In this document: positions 48,392 through 60,060 of the stretch, piece after piece
How the letters are laid out: each line of letters begins with the position of its first letter
Numbering within the stretch: the stretch's first letter is position 1
From: an uncultured Alphaproteobacteria bacterium
GTDB lineage: Bacteria > Pseudomonadota > Alphaproteobacteria > HIMB59
DNA: 64,000 nt
Direction: 5' to 3'
Assembly (NCBI GenBank): GCA_902617515.1
Contig: CACMWX010000002.1
Span: 15,478 to 79,477, forward strand
Notes under the pieces: model-generated
What the model saw: the letters and a program-made list of their open reading frames with translations, nothing else
The model's database searches: none
What the model was told of the DNA's origin: nothing
Program-made: the position numbers and the translations under genes

Positions 48392-49618
48392 ATGGATTAT
48401 AAAAATATAGAAAAAAAAAGTTACAAATCTTCTTTCGAGGTATCTTTAGATCAAAGCGCTATTGCTAAAATTATTGACGAAAAAATATCAGAAAAGCAAC
48501 CTACTTTTGAAATTGCAGGTTTTAGAAAGGGCAAAGTACCGGTAAGCATCATAAAGTCTAAAATTGGTCTTCAAATTGAAAACGAGGTATTAAATGAAGA
48601 GGTATCAAAAAATATAAATAAAATCAGTGAGGATGAAAAAATACAGTCCCTGATACAACCTGATGTTAATTTCAAAGATAATTATAATTTTACCTTGGCT
48701 TTTTATTTAAAACCCGAAATTAAAATGGATGAGTTAAAAACAAGTGAAATAGAGAAAGTTACATCAGAGGTAACAAAAAAAGATATTGATGATTTTAGAG
48801 AAAAAGTAAAAAAAGAGTACTATTCATTAGAGAGTATAGATATATCAGATGAAAATTCTGTTATAGATTTTGAAATATTAAACTATGAAGATGAACAAAA
48901 AAAATTATTTTCTCAAAAAGAGGTAAGAGTAGACTTAAACACCCAAACGAAAGAAGATGTATTTTTAGACTTAAAAAAAGCTCTTTTAAAAATTAAAAAT
49001 AAATCTGACATTAATTTTTCAACAAAAGGAATAAAGATAAACGCTCAAATCAAAGATATAAATAAAAAGATCTATCCCAAGAATGATGACGAGTTAATTA
49101 AGATTTTAAAATTAAAATCTACTAAAGAATTAAATGACAAAATTGATAATAAACTCAATGAGGATATGAATTATCTTCAAAAAGAGTTTTTTATTGAAGA
49201 TCTACTTAAAGTCCTATCACAAAAGAAAAAGATTTATATCAACGAGGAGGTTGTAAATCTTGAGCTTAAAAGAAAATATCAAATTGATTTATCTAAAATG
49301 AAAGATGAGCACAAAGAAAGAATTGATAGTTTAAAAAAACTCACAAGTGAGAATATTCAAAAAGACGTTCTTTTTTCTGAATTAGTAAAATTTTTAAATG
49401 TAAAAGTTGAGCAGAAAGAGCTCCAAGAGTATATTCAAAAATATTATGGTGAAAAAATTGATCAAAGAACGGCAGAGGCTGCTTATGGTACTCTTCTTAG
49501 AAATAAAATAGCAGATGAGTCTATGAAAACTTTTAAAATCAAAGAAACTAAGTTAAGCTTAGAAGAGCTAATGAAAAAAGGATCTCAACATAATGAATCT
49601 AGTACCCATAGTCATTGA
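48392..49618 (+). CDS. tig: Trigger factor, divergent
   Basis: GFRKGKVP ribosome-binding motif and tRNA-Leu-tig-clpP-clpX synteny. Start moved past the tRNAs to ATG 48392. Confidence 0.85.
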   Translation: MDYKNIEKKSYKSSFEVSLDQSAIAKIIDEKISEKQPTFEIAGFRKGKVPVSIIKSKIGLQIENEVLNEEVSKNINKISEDEKIQSLIQPDVNFKDNYNFTLAFYLKPEIKMDELKTSEIEKVTSEVTKKDIDDFREKVKKEYYSLESIDISDENSVIDFEILNYEDEQKKLFSQKEVRVDLNTQTKEDVFLDLKKALLKIKNKSDINFSTKGIKINAQIKDINKKIYPKNDDELIKILKLKSTKELNDKIDNKLNEDMNYLQKEFFIEDLLKVLSQKKKIYINEEVVNLELKRKYQIDLSKMKDEHKERIDSLKKLTSENIQKDVLFSELVKFLNVKVEQKELQEYIQKYYGEKIDQRTAEAAYGTLLRNKIADESMKTFKIKETKLSLEELMKKGSQHNESSTHSH

Positions 49619-50183
49619 ACAATCAGGAAAAGGGGAGAGATCTTTTGATATTTTCTCCAGACTGCTCAGAGAAAGAATTATTTTTTTGACAGGCGCCATC
49701 AATGATGAGACTGCCTCTTTAATATGTGCTCAACTTTTATTTTTGGAGTCTGAAAATCCTGAAGAACCAATTAATCTGTATATTAACTCACCTGGAGGTT
49801 TAGTTACTGCTGGTTTAGCTATGTATGATACTATGCAATATATTAAATGTCCTGTTCATACTGTTTGCATAGGTCAAGCTGCCTCTGCAGGTTCATTAAT
49901 TCTCGCTGCAGGAAAAGAGGGTAACAGGTATGCTTTACCACACTCTAAAATAATGATTCATCAACCATCTGGTGGTTTTTCAGGACAAGCAAGTGATATT
50001 AAAATTCATGCCGAAGAGATATTAAAGACAAAAAAAAGACTCAATGAAATATATCAAAAGCATACCAAAATAAGCATTGGTGAAATAGAAAAGGCAATGG
50101 AAAGAGATAGATTCTTTGACCCTGAAGAGGCACAAAAATTTGGTTTGATTGATAAAGTTATAACGACTAGAATTGAAAAATAA
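49593..50183 (+). CDS. clpP: ATP-dependent Clp protease proteolytic subunit
   Basis: [33 protein letters not shown]. Confidence 0.96.
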   Translation: MNLVPIVIEQSGKGERSFDIFSRLLRERIIFLTGAINDETASLICAQLLFLESENPEEPINLYINSPGGLVTAGLAMYDTMQYIKCPVHTVCIGQAASAGSLILAAGKEGNRYALPHSKIMIHQPSGGFSGQASDIKIHAEEILKTKKRLNEIYQKHTKISIGEIEKAMERDRFFDPEEAQKFGLIDKVITTRIEK

Positions 50184-50185
50184 TT

Positions 50186-51439
50186 ATGTCTGATGAAAAA
50201 ATAATCTCTGCTAATAGTTCTGATAAAAAAATATCATGCTCCTTTTGTGGTAAAAGCCAAGAAGAGGTAAAAAAATTAATTGCTGGACCAAATGTTTATA
50301 TTTGTAATGAGTGTGTAGTTTTATGTAAGGATATACTTGTTGAGGATGATAAAATTGATACAAAGAAAAAATTTGAGATACCAAAACCAAGTGAGATCTA
50401 TAAATATCTTGATGATCATATAATTGGTCAAGATCATGCAAAAAAAATATTATCTGTATCTGTTTACAATCATTACAAGAGAGTTCAAAACCCCTCAAAA
50501 GATATAGAAATATCTAAATCAAACATACTACTTATTGGACCAACAGGTTGTGGTAAAACACTTTTAGCACAAACCCTAGCAAAATTTTTAAATGTACCTT
50601 TTACAATTGCTGATGCTACTACATTGACAGAGGCCGGATATGTTGGTGAAGATGTAGAAAATATTATTTTAAGATTGCTACAGCAATGTGACTATGATGT
50701 TGCTTTAGCTCAAAAGGGTATAGTGTATATTGATGAAATTGATAAAGTGGGAAGAAAAAGTGAAAACCCATCAATTACAAGAGATGTATCTGGCGAGGGA
50801 GTACAACAAGCTTTACTAAAAATAATTGAGGGAACAACAGCTAGTGTTCCTCCTCAAGGGGGAAGAAAACATCCCCAACAAGAGTTTCTTCAAGTTGACA
50901 CAAAAAATATATTATTTGTTTGTGGGGGCGCTTTTGAAGGCATTGATAAAATTATAAAAAATCGAGTAAATAAAAAGTCCATTGGTTTTAATAAATCAAT
51001 TAATCAGGACCAACCAATGACTTCACAACTTGAAAATGACGATTTGATTAAATTTGGATTAATACCTGAATTAGTTGGAAGACTTCCTGTAAGCGCTAGT
51101 CTGAATGAATTATCTTTAGATGATTTAAAAGAGATTATTACAAGACCAAAAAATGCAATATCAAAACAATACAAAGCTCTTTTTTCTTTTGAAGGTGTTG
51201 AATTCGAGATAACCGAAGATGGTAGAGAGCAAATTGCTCAATTAGCAGTTGAAAAAAAAATTGGTGCACGAGGCCTAAGGTCAATTATGGAAAAGCTACT
51301 TCTAGATTGTATGTATGATATTCCTGATAAGGATTCTGTGGATAAGGTAGTTTTAAGTAAAGAGTCAGTAATCTCAAATAGACCAATAATCGTATATAAA
51401 AAAAATACAAAAATAAAAAAAAAAGTGGGTGAAAATTAA
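50186..51439 (+). CDS. clpX: Clp protease ATP-binding subunit ClpX
   Basis: CSFCGK zinc finger, [16 protein letters not shown] loop, GARGLR. Confidence 0.96.
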   Translation: MSDEKIISANSSDKKISCSFCGKSQEEVKKLIAGPNVYICNECVVLCKDILVEDDKIDTKKKFEIPKPSEIYKYLDDHIIGQDHAKKILSVSVYNHYKRVQNPSKDIEISKSNILLIGPTGCGKTLLAQTLAKFLNVPFTIADATTLTEAGYVGEDVENIILRLLQQCDYDVALAQKGIVYIDEIDKVGRKSENPSITRDVSGEGVQQALLKIIEGTTASVPPQGGRKHPQQEFLQVDTKNILFVCGGAFEGIDKIIKNRVNKKSIGFNKSINQDQPMTSQLENDDLIKFGLIPELVGRLPVSASLNELSLDDLKEIITRPKNAISKQYKALFSFEGVEFEITEDGREQIAQLAVEKKIGARGLRSIMEKLLLDCMYDIPDKDSVDKVVLSKESVISNRPIIVYKKNTKIKKKVGEN

Positions 51440-51462
51440 AAATTCCTCACTATTTTAATAGT

Positions 51463-53880
51463 ATGGAAAATCAAATCATTGGACCTATTTTACCTTTAAG
51501 GGACTTAGTTGTTTATCCCTCTATAACTTCACCACTGTTTGTTGGCCGAGCTAAATCTATAGATGCAATTAATTTTGCCATGAATAATAACAATAAGATT
51601 ATTTATTTATTTACGCAAAAAGAACCAACTACTGATGATCCCCAAGTTAACGATGTTTATTCCTATGGAGTAAAATCAAAAATTATCCAGTTTCTTAAGT
51701 TACCGGATAATACATACAAAGTTCTTACTGAAGGTTTAGAAATCGTAAAGATAAAGTCTGCTGTTAAGGCAAGTAATAACTTCCTTACAGCTAAAATTGA
51801 ACCAGTGGTAATTAACAAAAAAAATTCAGTTGAATTAAAAGCTTCTTTAAGAGTTTTAAAAAATGAATTTCAAAATTATATACAAAATATAGGGAATAAT
51901 AATGACATCCTCGAAGGACTTTTAAACATTGAAGATCCTTATCAGTTCATTGATAATATTTATTACAACTTAAACATCGGAATTGAAGATAAACAAAAAA
52001 ATTTAGAAATTATTGATATTAATAAAAAAATTCAAAACTTACTGAATTTCTTTTCAAAAGAACTTAACTTTTCTGCTCTTGAGAAAAAAATAAAAAATAG
52101 AGTAAAAAGACAAATGGAAAAAACTCAAAGAGAGTACTACTTAAATGAGCAAATGAAAGCCATCCAGAAAGAACTTGGTGATGGTGAAGATGGTTCTAAC
52201 GAATATTCTGAAATAGAGAAAAAAATTAATGAGGTAAAATTATCAAAAGAGGCAAAAGAAAAAGCTTTAAATGAATTTAAAAAATTAAAATCTATGAGTC
52301 CGATGTCTGCAGAAGCATCAGTTATTCGCAATTATCTAGAATGGATATTAGATATACCATGGGAAAAATTCTCAAAAGAAGTCATAGACATAAAAGGCTC
52401 TGAAAGAATATTAAATGACGACCACTATGGTCTTGAAAAAGTAAAAGAAAGAATACTTGAATTTTTAGCAGTAAAAAAAAGATCAAAGAAAGCATCCGGC
52501 ACAATACTTTGTTTTGTAGGACCTCCAGGCGTAGGTAAGACTTCATTAGGTAAATCCATTGCGAGAGCTACTGGTAGAGAATTTGCTAAAATTTCTCTTG
52601 GTGGAATTAGGGATGAGGCTGAAATTAGAGGACATAGAAGAACATATATTGGCTCAATGCCTGGTCGATTTATTCAGGCTATGAAGAAAACAAAAACATC
52701 TAATCCGATTATTTTACTAGATGAAATTGACAAAGTAGGTAGTGACTGGAGAGGTGATCCATCCTCTGCATTGTTAGAAGTGCTAGATCCAGAGCAAAAT
52801 AACCAGTTTAATGATCATTATCTTGAGGTCGATTATGACTTATCAAATGTGATGTTCATTTGTACTGGTAACACTTACAACATACCTGGCCCACTACTTG
52901 ACAGATTAGAGGTCATTGAAGTATCTGGTTATACAGAAAAAGAAAAAGTTGAAATTGCAAAAAAATATTTAATTCCAAGAAAAATGACTAAGAATATTCT
53001 AAAAAATAATGAATTTAAACTTGATAAAAGTTCAATTACTAAAATTGTAAGACATTATACCAGAGAGTCAGGTGTCAGAGGGCTTGAAAAAGTTTTTGAT
53101 AAGCTTTTTAGAAAACTTGTTTTCCAATTAGAAAAAAATAAATCAAGATCAAAAAAGCCATTTGTTTTTGATGATAAGGCTATAAAAAATTTTTTAGGTC
53201 CAGAGAAATTTAAAGATAGTGTTTTAGAAAAGAAAAATTTAGTTGGTATTACTAATGGTCTAGCATGGACTCAAGTCGGTGGAGATATTTTAAATATTGA
53301 AGTTAATTTATCATCAGGCAAGGGAATGATTAATGCAACAGGTAAACTTGGTGATGTGATGAAAGAGTCTATTACTGCAGCTTTAGGTTATATTAAATCT
53401 AATTCTGTTGAGTTTGGAGTGAACCCTAAGGTTTTTGATAAAATAGATATTCATTTACATGTTCCTGAAGGAGCCATACCTAAAGATGGTCCGAGTGCTG
53501 GAATAACAATATTTACCTCATTAATTTCATCTCTTACTGATATCAAAATAAAAAGAGACATTGCAATGACAGGAGAAATTACCTTAAAAGGAAGAGTTCT
53601 TCCAATTGGCGGATTAAAAGAGAAATTATTAGCTGCAATAAGGTACGGTATTAAAACCGTTATTATTCCTAAGGAAAATGAAAAGGACTTAGTTGAAATT
53701 CAAAAAGACATTCAAAATAAGTTAATAATAAAAAAAGTTGAGTTTGCAAGAGAGGTGTTGGACTTAGCTCTTGATGGAAAAATCAGTAAAATCAATAAAA
53801 AATTAGACTGGAGACACTTAGTTACAGAGTCTATGAAGCCAAAAAACCAGCAAAATCAAGAAAAAACATTCGTCAACTAG
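51463..53880 (+). CDS. lon: Lon protease
   Basis: GPPGVGKT, RGHRRTYIG, PKDGPSAG, IGGLKEK. Confidence 0.96.
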   Translation: MENQIIGPILPLRDLVVYPSITSPLFVGRAKSIDAINFAMNNNNKIIYLFTQKEPTTDDPQVNDVYSYGVKSKIIQFLKLPDNTYKVLTEGLEIVKIKSAVKASNNFLTAKIEPVVINKKNSVELKASLRVLKNEFQNYIQNIGNNNDILEGLLNIEDPYQFIDNIYYNLNIGIEDKQKNLEIIDINKKIQNLLNFFSKELNFSALEKKIKNRVKRQMEKTQREYYLNEQMKAIQKELGDGEDGSNEYSEIEKKINEVKLSKEAKEKALNEFKKLKSMSPMSAEASVIRNYLEWILDIPWEKFSKEVIDIKGSERILNDDHYGLEKVKERILEFLAVKKRSKKASGTILCFVGPPGVGKTSLGKSIARATGREFAKISLGGIRDEAEIRGHRRTYIGSMPGRFIQAMKKTKTSNPIILLDEIDKVGSDWRGDPSSALLEVLDPEQNNQFNDHYLEVDYDLSNVMFICTGNTYNIPGPLLDRLEVIEVSGYTEKEKVEIAKKYLIPRKMTKNILKNNEFKLDKSSITKIVRHYTRESGVRGLEKVFDKLFRKLVFQLEKNKSRSKKPFVFDDKAIKNFLGPEKFKDSVLEKKNLVGITNGLAWTQVGGDILNIEVNLSSGKGMINATGKLGDVMKESITAALGYIKSNSVEFGVNPKVFDKIDIHLHVPEGAIPKDGPSAGITIFTSLISSLTDIKIKRDIAMTGEITLKGRVLPIGGLKEKLLAAIRYGIKTVIIPKENEKDLVEIQKDIQNKLIIKKVEFAREVLDLALDGKISKINKKLDWRHLVTESMKPKNQQNQEKTFVN

Positions 53881-53950
53881 TATATTGTTGTTGATTTTCC
53901 TACCTTTTTCTTACTACAATTAACTAATAGAATCACTAAGGAGGTTCGGT

Positions 53951-54232
53951 ATGAACAAAAATGAACTCATTGCTGAATATAGTACGAAAAATGGTGTTGG
54001 AAAATCAGATGCAACTAAGGCTGTAGAAAGTTTATTTGATATTATCACATCTACTTTGAAAGCAGGAGGGGATGTTAAGATTGCTGGTTTTGGTACTTTT
54101 AAGGTAGCTAACACAAAAGCTAAGACTGGAAGAAACCCAAGAACGGGAGAGTCAATCCAAATTCCTGCATCAAAAAAGCCAAAATTTCTTGCTGGAAAAC
54201 AGCTAAAAGAACTAATAAAGTCCACAGTCTAA
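53951..54232 (+). CDS. hupB: DNA-binding protein HU
   Basis: MNKNELI, GFGTF, GRNPRTGE; GGAGG RBS. Confidence 0.93.
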   Translation: MNKNELIAEYSTKNGVGKSDATKAVESLFDIITSTLKAGGDVKIAGFGTFKVANTKAKTGRNPRTGESIQIPASKKPKFLAGKQLKELIKSTV

Positions 54233-54250
54233 TTTTTTGCAAATTAGATA

Positions 54251-54326
54251 GGGCGATTAGCTCAGTTGGTAGAGCATCTCGTTTACACCGAGAGGGTCGG
54301 CGGTTCGAGTCCGTCATCGCCCACCA
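54251..54326 (+). tRNA. tRNA-Val(TAC)
   Basis: Acceptor stem GGGCGAT/ATCGCCC, anticodon arm TCTCG-TTTACAC-CGAGA, CCA end. Confidence 0.94.
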
Positions 54327-54339
54327 TTCGACAATTGTC

Positions 54340-54417
54340 GGGGGTGTAGTTCAGTTTGGTTAGAACGCCTGCCTGTCACGCAGGAGGTCGCGGGTTCGAG
54401 TCCCGTCGCTCCCGCCA
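54340..54417 (+). tRNA. tRNA-Asp(GTC)
   Basis: Acceptor stem GGGGGTG/CGCTCCC, anticodon arm CCTGC-CTGTCAC-GCAGG, GCCA end. Confidence 0.94.
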
Positions 54418-54418
54418 C

Positions 54419-55447
54419 TTAAGAACGTTTATTCTATTTTTTTTAACCTTTTTTTTATTTTCGTGCTCTTCCTATAAATCAAAAGATGTTTATGGATTAA
54501 AGACTCTTGGTATGAGTTTTGGCGATACGACAATTAAAGGTTTTAAAATTGACCCAGGTTGGAATTCTAGTTCAAAAGAAGAAATAAAAAAATATCAAAG
54601 AAAAAAAAATTTGGTACTTTTTCAACTTCAGAAAGAGAAAACAAGATACGGAGATACTGCTTTTTTTATCCAAGCACCAGGAGATGAGTGTTATAACAAA
54701 TTAAAAGATTGCTCACGACCAAATGGTGAAAAACAAAAAAGAGTAGAGGTAGGAACCAATTATGGTTTTCAAGGAGAAATATGGTTATCTTATTCTTTTT
54801 TAATCACTGAAAATTATGAATTAAATCATGATAGCGCTATGAATAAATCAATATTGCAATTTCATAGTACAGAGAGTTTTTTTGGTCCTATGTTTATGCT
54901 TCAGATAGATAAGAAGAAAGGTTTGCTTTGGAGACATGAATCTAGTGAAGGAGTAATTATTATTGAAGGAGGGAATGATGATTGCTCACCTGGTGCTGGA
55001 GGCCCAGAAGATACTGATAAAAGAATTTTTTGTGAAGCTAGGCATGATTGGTACCAAATAATCTCTGCTAAAAATTTACAAAGAAATAAATGGTATGATT
55101 TAGTCTTCAATATTAATTTTAATAAAAAGGATATTTCCAAAGCTTTTCATAAAATTTGGTTAAATGGAAAGTTATTGCATTACAGAAAAAACCAAACACT
55201 TTGGAAAGATCAAAAAGGGGTAAAAAACTCAGATAATTTGGCAAATTTTAAATTTGGTATTTATGGTTCAAGATTGGATGGCTCTTATCAATCTATCTAT
55301 GCTGATGAAATTCACTATGGAACTGAATGTGAGGACCTTTTAATAGAAAATATTGGCTATTATTGTAGTAATCTAAAAAAACAAACAATAAATGAATCAT
55401 TTCCTGTTTTTACAGAAGATAGAGTTGCTTATTACTCTAAAAGATAA
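54419..55447 (+). CDS. Putative lipoprotein with a polysaccharide-lyase-like (heparinase I/jelly-roll) domain; start codon uncertain, first ATG at 54512
   Basis: Lipobox-like LRTFILFFLTFFLFSC; motifs RVEV, WLSYSF, QFH, KWYDL, IWLNGK, FKFGIY, YADEI. Confidence 0.55.
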   Translation, partial: LRTFILFFLTFFLFSCSSYKSKDVYGLKTLGMSFGDTTIKGFKIDPGWNSSSKEEIKKYQRKKNLVLFQLQKEKTRYGDTAFFIQAPGDECYNKLKDCSRPNGEKQKRVEVGTNYGFQGEIWLSYSFLITENYELNHDSAMNKSILQFHSTESFFGPMFMLQIDKKKGLLWRHESSEGVIIIEGGNDDCSPGAGGPEDTDKRIFCEARHDWYQIISAKNLQRNKWYDLVFNINFNKKDISKAFHKIWLNGKLLHYRKNQTLWKDQKGVKNSDNLANFKFGIYGSRLDGSYQSIYADEIHYGTECEDLLIENIGYYCSNLKKQTINESFPVFTEDRVAYYSKR

Positions 55448-55575
55448 AAAATTTTTTATTTTTTTTACACTCAAATATTTAAAAATCATGTGTAATACTA
55501 ATGCGTCATTTTTATCATCACTAAATAAATATTGTTTCTTATAATGTATTGCGTTACGAAAAATCAAAACTTTTA

Positions 55576-55935
55576 ATGTATAACCTAGATTATATTTTCA
55601 TATTGATATTCATTGTTATTGGGGCAGGAATGGCAATAGCTATGTATTTGCTCTCAAAAATATTATCACCAAGCTCACCTGATACTGAAAAACTATCTGC
55701 ATATGAATGTGGTTTTGAGGCATTTGACGACGCTCGATCAAAATTTGATGTTAAGTTTTATTTAGTATCAATACTATTTATTATATTTGATTTAGAGATT
55801 GCGTTTTTATTTCCTTGGGCCGTGAGTCTTAGCAATATCGGAGCTCTTGGTTTTTATTCAATGATGTTTTTTTTATTTATTCTCACAGTGGGATTTATAT
55901 ATGAATGGAAGAATGGAGCACTAGATTGGGAGTAG
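55576..55935 (+). CDS. nuoA: NADH-quinone oxidoreductase subunit A
   Basis: KLSAYECGF and FIIFDLE..FLFPWA. Confidence 0.95.
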   Translation: MYNLDYIFILIFIVIGAGMAIAMYLLSKILSPSSPDTEKLSAYECGFEAFDDARSKFDVKFYLVSILFIIFDLEIAFLFPWAVSLSNIGALGFYSMMFFLFILTVGFIYEWKNGALDWE

Positions 55936-56435
55936 TATTAGAAAAAGACAAATCATTAAATATTGATGAGCTATTTGAAAAAAAAGGGTTTGTAACAGCT
56001 TCATTTGAAAATTTAATAAATTGGGCGAGGTCAGGATCTTTATGGCCTATGACTTTCGGTTTGGCATGTTGTGGGGTTGAGATGATGCACTCCTATATGA
56101 GTAGATACGATCTAGATCGTTTAGGTGTAATTCCTAGAGGTTCTCCTAGACAATCTGATGTAATGATTGTTGCGGGAACTCTTACAAACAAAATGGCATC
56201 TGCTTTGAGAAAAGTTTACGATCAAATGCCTGAACCAAGATGGGTAATCTCTATGGGTTCCTGTGCAAATGGAGGAGGATATTATCATTACTCTTACTCA
56301 GTTGTTCGAGGGTGCGATAGGATAGTGCCTGTAGATATTTATGTTCCTGGATGTCCACCTACTGCGGAAGCTCTTTTGTATGGCATTATGCAACTTCAAG
56401 ATAAAATTAAAAAGAAAAAGAAGATTTATAGGTAA
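55926..56435 (+). CDS. nuoB: NADH-quinone oxidoreductase subunit B
   Basis: [26 protein letters not shown]; probable TTG start. Confidence 0.95.
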   Translation: MGVVLEKDKSLNIDELFEKKGFVTASFENLINWARSGSLWPMTFGLACCGVEMMHSYMSRYDLDRLGVIPRGSPRQSDVMIVAGTLTNKMASALRKVYDQMPEPRWVISMGSCANGGGYYHYSYSVVRGCDRIVPVDIYVPGCPPTAEALLYGIMQLQDKIKKKKKIYR

Positions 56436-56440
56436 ATTTC

Positions 56441-57037
56441 TTGTCTCCAAATATTTTACAGAAATATTCAACTGGTAACTTCCATTTTCCAATAAAATCT
56501 GGAATAGACAATATTTTAGTTAACAAAGACTCTATACTAGAAGTAATACAAAAAATTAAAGAAGACGAAGATCTACTTTATGACCAGTTAATTGATATTA
56601 CTGTAACTGATAATATGCTATCTAAATCAAGTTATTCAAACGAGCGATTTACTCTAATCTACTCCTTTCTTAGTTTAAAATTTAATAAAAGATTATTTAT
56701 TTTCACTAACATTTCCGAAGATAATTTAGATATCAATTCAATAACTCAAATTTTTGAGTCTGCTGATTGGTTTGAAAGAGAATGTTACGATCTTTTTGGT
56801 ATAAACTTTGTTAACCACCCAAATCTTCAAAGAATAATGAATGATTATAACTTTCAAGGCCATCCTCTCAGAAAAGACTTTCCTCTGACAGGCTATGAAG
56901 AGGTTCGTTACGATGAAAACTTAAAAAAAGTTGTTTATGAACCAGTGACTTTAAAACAGGAGTTTCGAGATTTTGACAATGAAAGTCCTTGGGAGGGAAT
57001 GAAAGAAACAATCAAAGAGGAGCTTGAAAAAAAGTAA
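56441..57037 (+). CDS. nuoC: NADH-quinone oxidoreductase subunit C
   Basis: [11 protein letters not shown] and [10 protein letters not shown]. Confidence 0.93.
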   Translation: MSPNILQKYSTGNFHFPIKSGIDNILVNKDSILEVIQKIKEDEDLLYDQLIDITVTDNMLSKSSYSNERFTLIYSFLSLKFNKRLFIFTNISEDNLDINSITQIFESADWFERECYDLFGINFVNHPNLQRIMNDYNFQGHPLRKDFPLTGYEEVRYDENLKKVVYEPVTLKQEFRDFDNESPWEGMKETIKEELEKK

Positions 57038-58212
57038 TGTCAGAGAATTTTAAACCTGTAACTCTTAACTTTGGTCCCCAACATCCTGCTGCTCATGGAG
57101 TTCTTAGGCTACTTGTACAATTAGAAGGAGAGGTAGTCAATAAAGCCGAACCTCATATTGGTCTTTTACATAGAGGAACTGAAAAATTAATTGAACAAAA
57201 AACCTATACTCAAGCTATTCCATATTTTGATCGTCTTGATTATGTTTCGCCAATGTGTCAAGAACATGCCTTTGCTTTAGCTGTTGAAAATTTATTAAAT
57301 ATTGAAGCTCCTAAACGAGCTCAATATATCAGAGTTATGTTTGCAGAAGTTACGAGGATACTAAATCATTTATTAAATATTCCAGCATTTGCTATGGACA
57401 TAGGTGCTGCTACTCCAATGCTGTGGGCTTTTGAAGAAAGAGAAAAAATGTTGGAGTTCCATGAAGCTGTATCTGGTGCAAGATTTCACGCAGCTTATTT
57501 TCGACCTGGTGGAGTTCACCAAGACTTGCCTGAAAATTTGTTAGAAAAAATGAAAAAGTACTTTACTAACTTTCCTAAATTCATAGATACGCTTGAAGAA
57601 CTACTCACTGAAAATAGAATATTCAAACAACGATCTGTTGATATAGGTATTTTAAAGAAAGATGATGCAATAAGACTAAGTTGCAGTGGCCCTGTTCTTC
57701 GTGCTAGTGGTGTAGCTTGGGATTTAAGAAAATCTCAACCTTATGATGTTTATGAGGAATTAGATTTCGACATACCAGTTGGAAAAACTGGTGACACCTA
57801 TGATAGATATTTGGTGAGAATGGAAGAGATGAGAGAGTCAGTTAAGATAATCTTACAATGTATTGATAATATTCCAGAAGGACCCGTAATGGTTGAGAAT
57901 AATAAAATTACTCCACCTAAAAGATCAGAAATGAAAAACTCAATGGAAGCTATTATTCATCATTTTAAATTATTTACCGAGGGTTATAGAGTTCCTGAGG
58001 GCATTACGTACAAAAGTGTAGAGGCACCAAAAGGAGAATTTGGTGTTGTATTAGTTTCAGATGGAAGTTCTAAACCATATCGATGCAAGTTGAGAGCACC
58101 TGGCTTTGTTCATTTACAGGCATTACATTTTTTATCAAAGGGCCACCAACTAGCTGACGTACCATCAATTTTAGGAAGTTTAGATATAGTATTTGGAGAG
58201 GTAGACAGATGA
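57037..58212 (+). CDS. nuoD: NADH-quinone oxidoreductase subunit D
   Basis: [14 protein letters not shown] and DIVFGEVDR. Confidence 0.96.
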   Translation: MSENFKPVTLNFGPQHPAAHGVLRLLVQLEGEVVNKAEPHIGLLHRGTEKLIEQKTYTQAIPYFDRLDYVSPMCQEHAFALAVENLLNIEAPKRAQYIRVMFAEVTRILNHLLNIPAFAMDIGAATPMLWAFEEREKMLEFHEAVSGARFHAAYFRPGGVHQDLPENLLEKMKKYFTNFPKFIDTLEELLTENRIFKQRSVDIGILKKDDAIRLSCSGPVLRASGVAWDLRKSQPYDVYEELDFDIPVGKTGDTYDRYLVRMEEMRESVKIILQCIDNIPEGPVMVENNKITPPKRSEMKNSMEAIIHHFKLFTEGYRVPEGITYKSVEAPKGEFGVVLVSDGSSKPYRCKLRAPGFVHLQALHFLSKGHQLADVPSILGSLDIVFGEVDR

Positions 58213-58796
58213 GTAGTAATCATCCAGGTTTATCAAATAATTTTTCTAGATCAGGCGAAAAATTTTCCTGGTCAAAAGATAATCTAAGATCAATTAAAAA
58301 TATAATTTCTAAATACCCTAAAGGTAGAGAACAAAGTGCAGTTATGCCTCTTCTCTATTTGGCGCAAGAGCAAAACAATAATTGGATAAGTATCGAATGT
58401 ATAGAAACAATCGCTGAAACTTTAAATATGCCTAAAATAAGAGTCACAGAAGTGGCCTCATTTTACTCAATGTATAATACAAGACCTGTTGGAGAAAATC
58501 TTGTTCAGATTTGTAGAACCTCTCCTTGTTGGCTAAGAGGTTCAAATAAGATTACGAAAACTATTTGTAAAGAAACAAAATGTGAAATTAATGATACCAG
58601 TGACGATAATAAATTTACAGTTGTTGAAGTAGAGTGTCTAGGTGCTTGCTCAAATGGACCTATGATACAAATCAATAATGATTTCTTTGAGGATTTAGAT
58701 GAAGAGTCTACAAAAAAAATTATAGACAATATTAAAGAGGGAAAACCAAATGTTATTGGTTCTCAAAAAGGCAGGAGAAGTTCAGAAAATGCTTAA
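58209..58796 (+). CDS. nuoE: NADH-quinone oxidoreductase subunit E
   Basis: [21 protein letters not shown]. Confidence 0.94.
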   Translation: MSSNHPGLSNNFSRSGEKFSWSKDNLRSIKNIISKYPKGREQSAVMPLLYLAQEQNNNWISIECIETIAETLNMPKIRVTEVASFYSMYNTRPVGENLVQICRTSPCWLRGSNKITKTICKETKCEINDTSDDNKFTVVEVECLGACSNGPMIQINNDFFEDLDEESTKKIIDNIKEGKPNVIGSQKGRRSSENA

Positions 58797-60060
58797 TGAA
58801 AAAGATAAAGTTTTTCAAAACCTTCATGGTTTTCAAGAACCCTTTATAGAAGGAGCTTTAAAAAGAGGCTCCTGGTCAAACACAAAAGAAATTTTGTCTA
58901 AAGATCAAAATGATATTATTGAATTAGTTAAATCCAGTCAGTTAAGAGGAAGAGGTGGAGCTGGATTTTCTACAGGTCTTAAATGGTCATTCATGCCAAA
59001 GAATACTGGTAAACAGCATTATTTGGTTGTCAATGCTGATGAGTCAGAGCCTGGTACTTGTAAAGATAGAGAAATTATTAGAAATGACCCACATACTCTT
59101 GTAGAAGGGTGCTTGATAGCTTCATACGCAATTCAAGCCACTAAATGTTACATATATATAAGGGGCGAATACCACCACGAATATGTCCAATTAGAAAAGG
59201 CAATTGAAGAGGCCTATGAACGAGGCTTTATCGGGAAAAATGCTTGTGGTAGCGGATTTGATTTTGATCTTTATGTTCATAGAGGTGCTGGAGCTTACAT
59301 ATGTGGGGAAGAGACAGCTCTTTTAGAGAGTTTAGAAGGAAAAAAAGGACAACCAAGATTAAAACCACCTTTTCCTGCTGGTGTAGGTTTGTATGGTATG
59401 CCGACAACTATTAACAATGTGGAGTCAATTGCAGTAGTTCCAACTATTTTAAGAAGAGGTCCAGATTGGTTTAAGTCAATTGGTGTTGAAAATAATACAG
59501 GCACAAAAATTTTTTGCATATCTGGTAATGTGAATAAGCCATGCACAATAGAAGAGGAAATGGGAATACCACTTAAAGAATTAGTTGAAAAGCATTGTGA
59601 TGGAGTTGAGGGAGGATGGGATAACTTAAAGGCGATAGTACCAGGAGGTTCTAGTACCCCAATGCTTCCAAAAAATATTTGTGAGTCAGTTCTAATGAAT
59701 TTTGATGATCTAAAAGCTAATGGCTCAGGTTTAGGTACAGCTGGAGTGATTGTTGTTAACAAGAACAATGATATTGCTGAGGTAATTGAGAGGTTTGCTC
59801 ACTTTTACAAACATGAAAGTTGTGGTCAATGTACACCTTGCAGAGAAGGAACAGGCTGGATGCATAGAATGATGCAGAGATTAGTTAGAGGAGAGATATC
59901 TCCTGAACAAATTGAGCTTTTAGAAAATGTTACAAAGCAAGTAGAGGGTCATACTATCTGCGCTTTAGGAGATGCAGCAGCTTGGCCTATACAAGGACTT
60001 ATTAAAAATTTTAAATCAGAGTTAATAAGTAAATATAATAAAAAGTTAAAAGCTTCATGA
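58789..60060 (+). CDS. nuoF: NADH-quinone oxidoreductase subunit F
   Basis: [32 protein letters not shown]. Confidence 0.96.
   Translation: MLNEKDKVFQNLHGFQEPFIEGALKRGSWSNTKEILSKDQNDIIELVKSSQLRGRGGAGFSTGLKWSFMPKNTGKQHYLVVNADESEPGTCKDREIIRNDPHTLVEGCLIASYAIQATKCYIYIRGEYHHEYVQLEKAIEEAYERGFIGKNACGSGFDFDLYVHRGAGAYICGEETALLESLEGKKGQPRLKPPFPAGVGLYGMPTTINNVESIAVVPTILRRGPDWFKSIGVENNTGTKIFCISGNVNKPCTIEEEMGIPLKELVEKHCDGVEGGWDNLKAIVPGGSSTPMLPKNICESVLMNFDDLKANGSGLGTAGVIVVNKNNDIAEVIERFAHFYKHESCGQCTPCREGTGWMHRMMQRLVRGEISPEQIELLENVTKQVEGHTICALGDAAAWPIQGLIKNFKSELISKYNKKLKAS

Noticed and set aside
54329-54340. 12-bp palindrome CGACAATTGTCG between tRNA-Val and tRNA-Asp
   Set aside because: Short, single, and without support for a function.
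54120-54418. ORF 54120-54317 (-) and the N-terminus of ORF 54356 (+)
   Set aside because: Both are translations of tRNA-Val/tRNA-Asp sequence.
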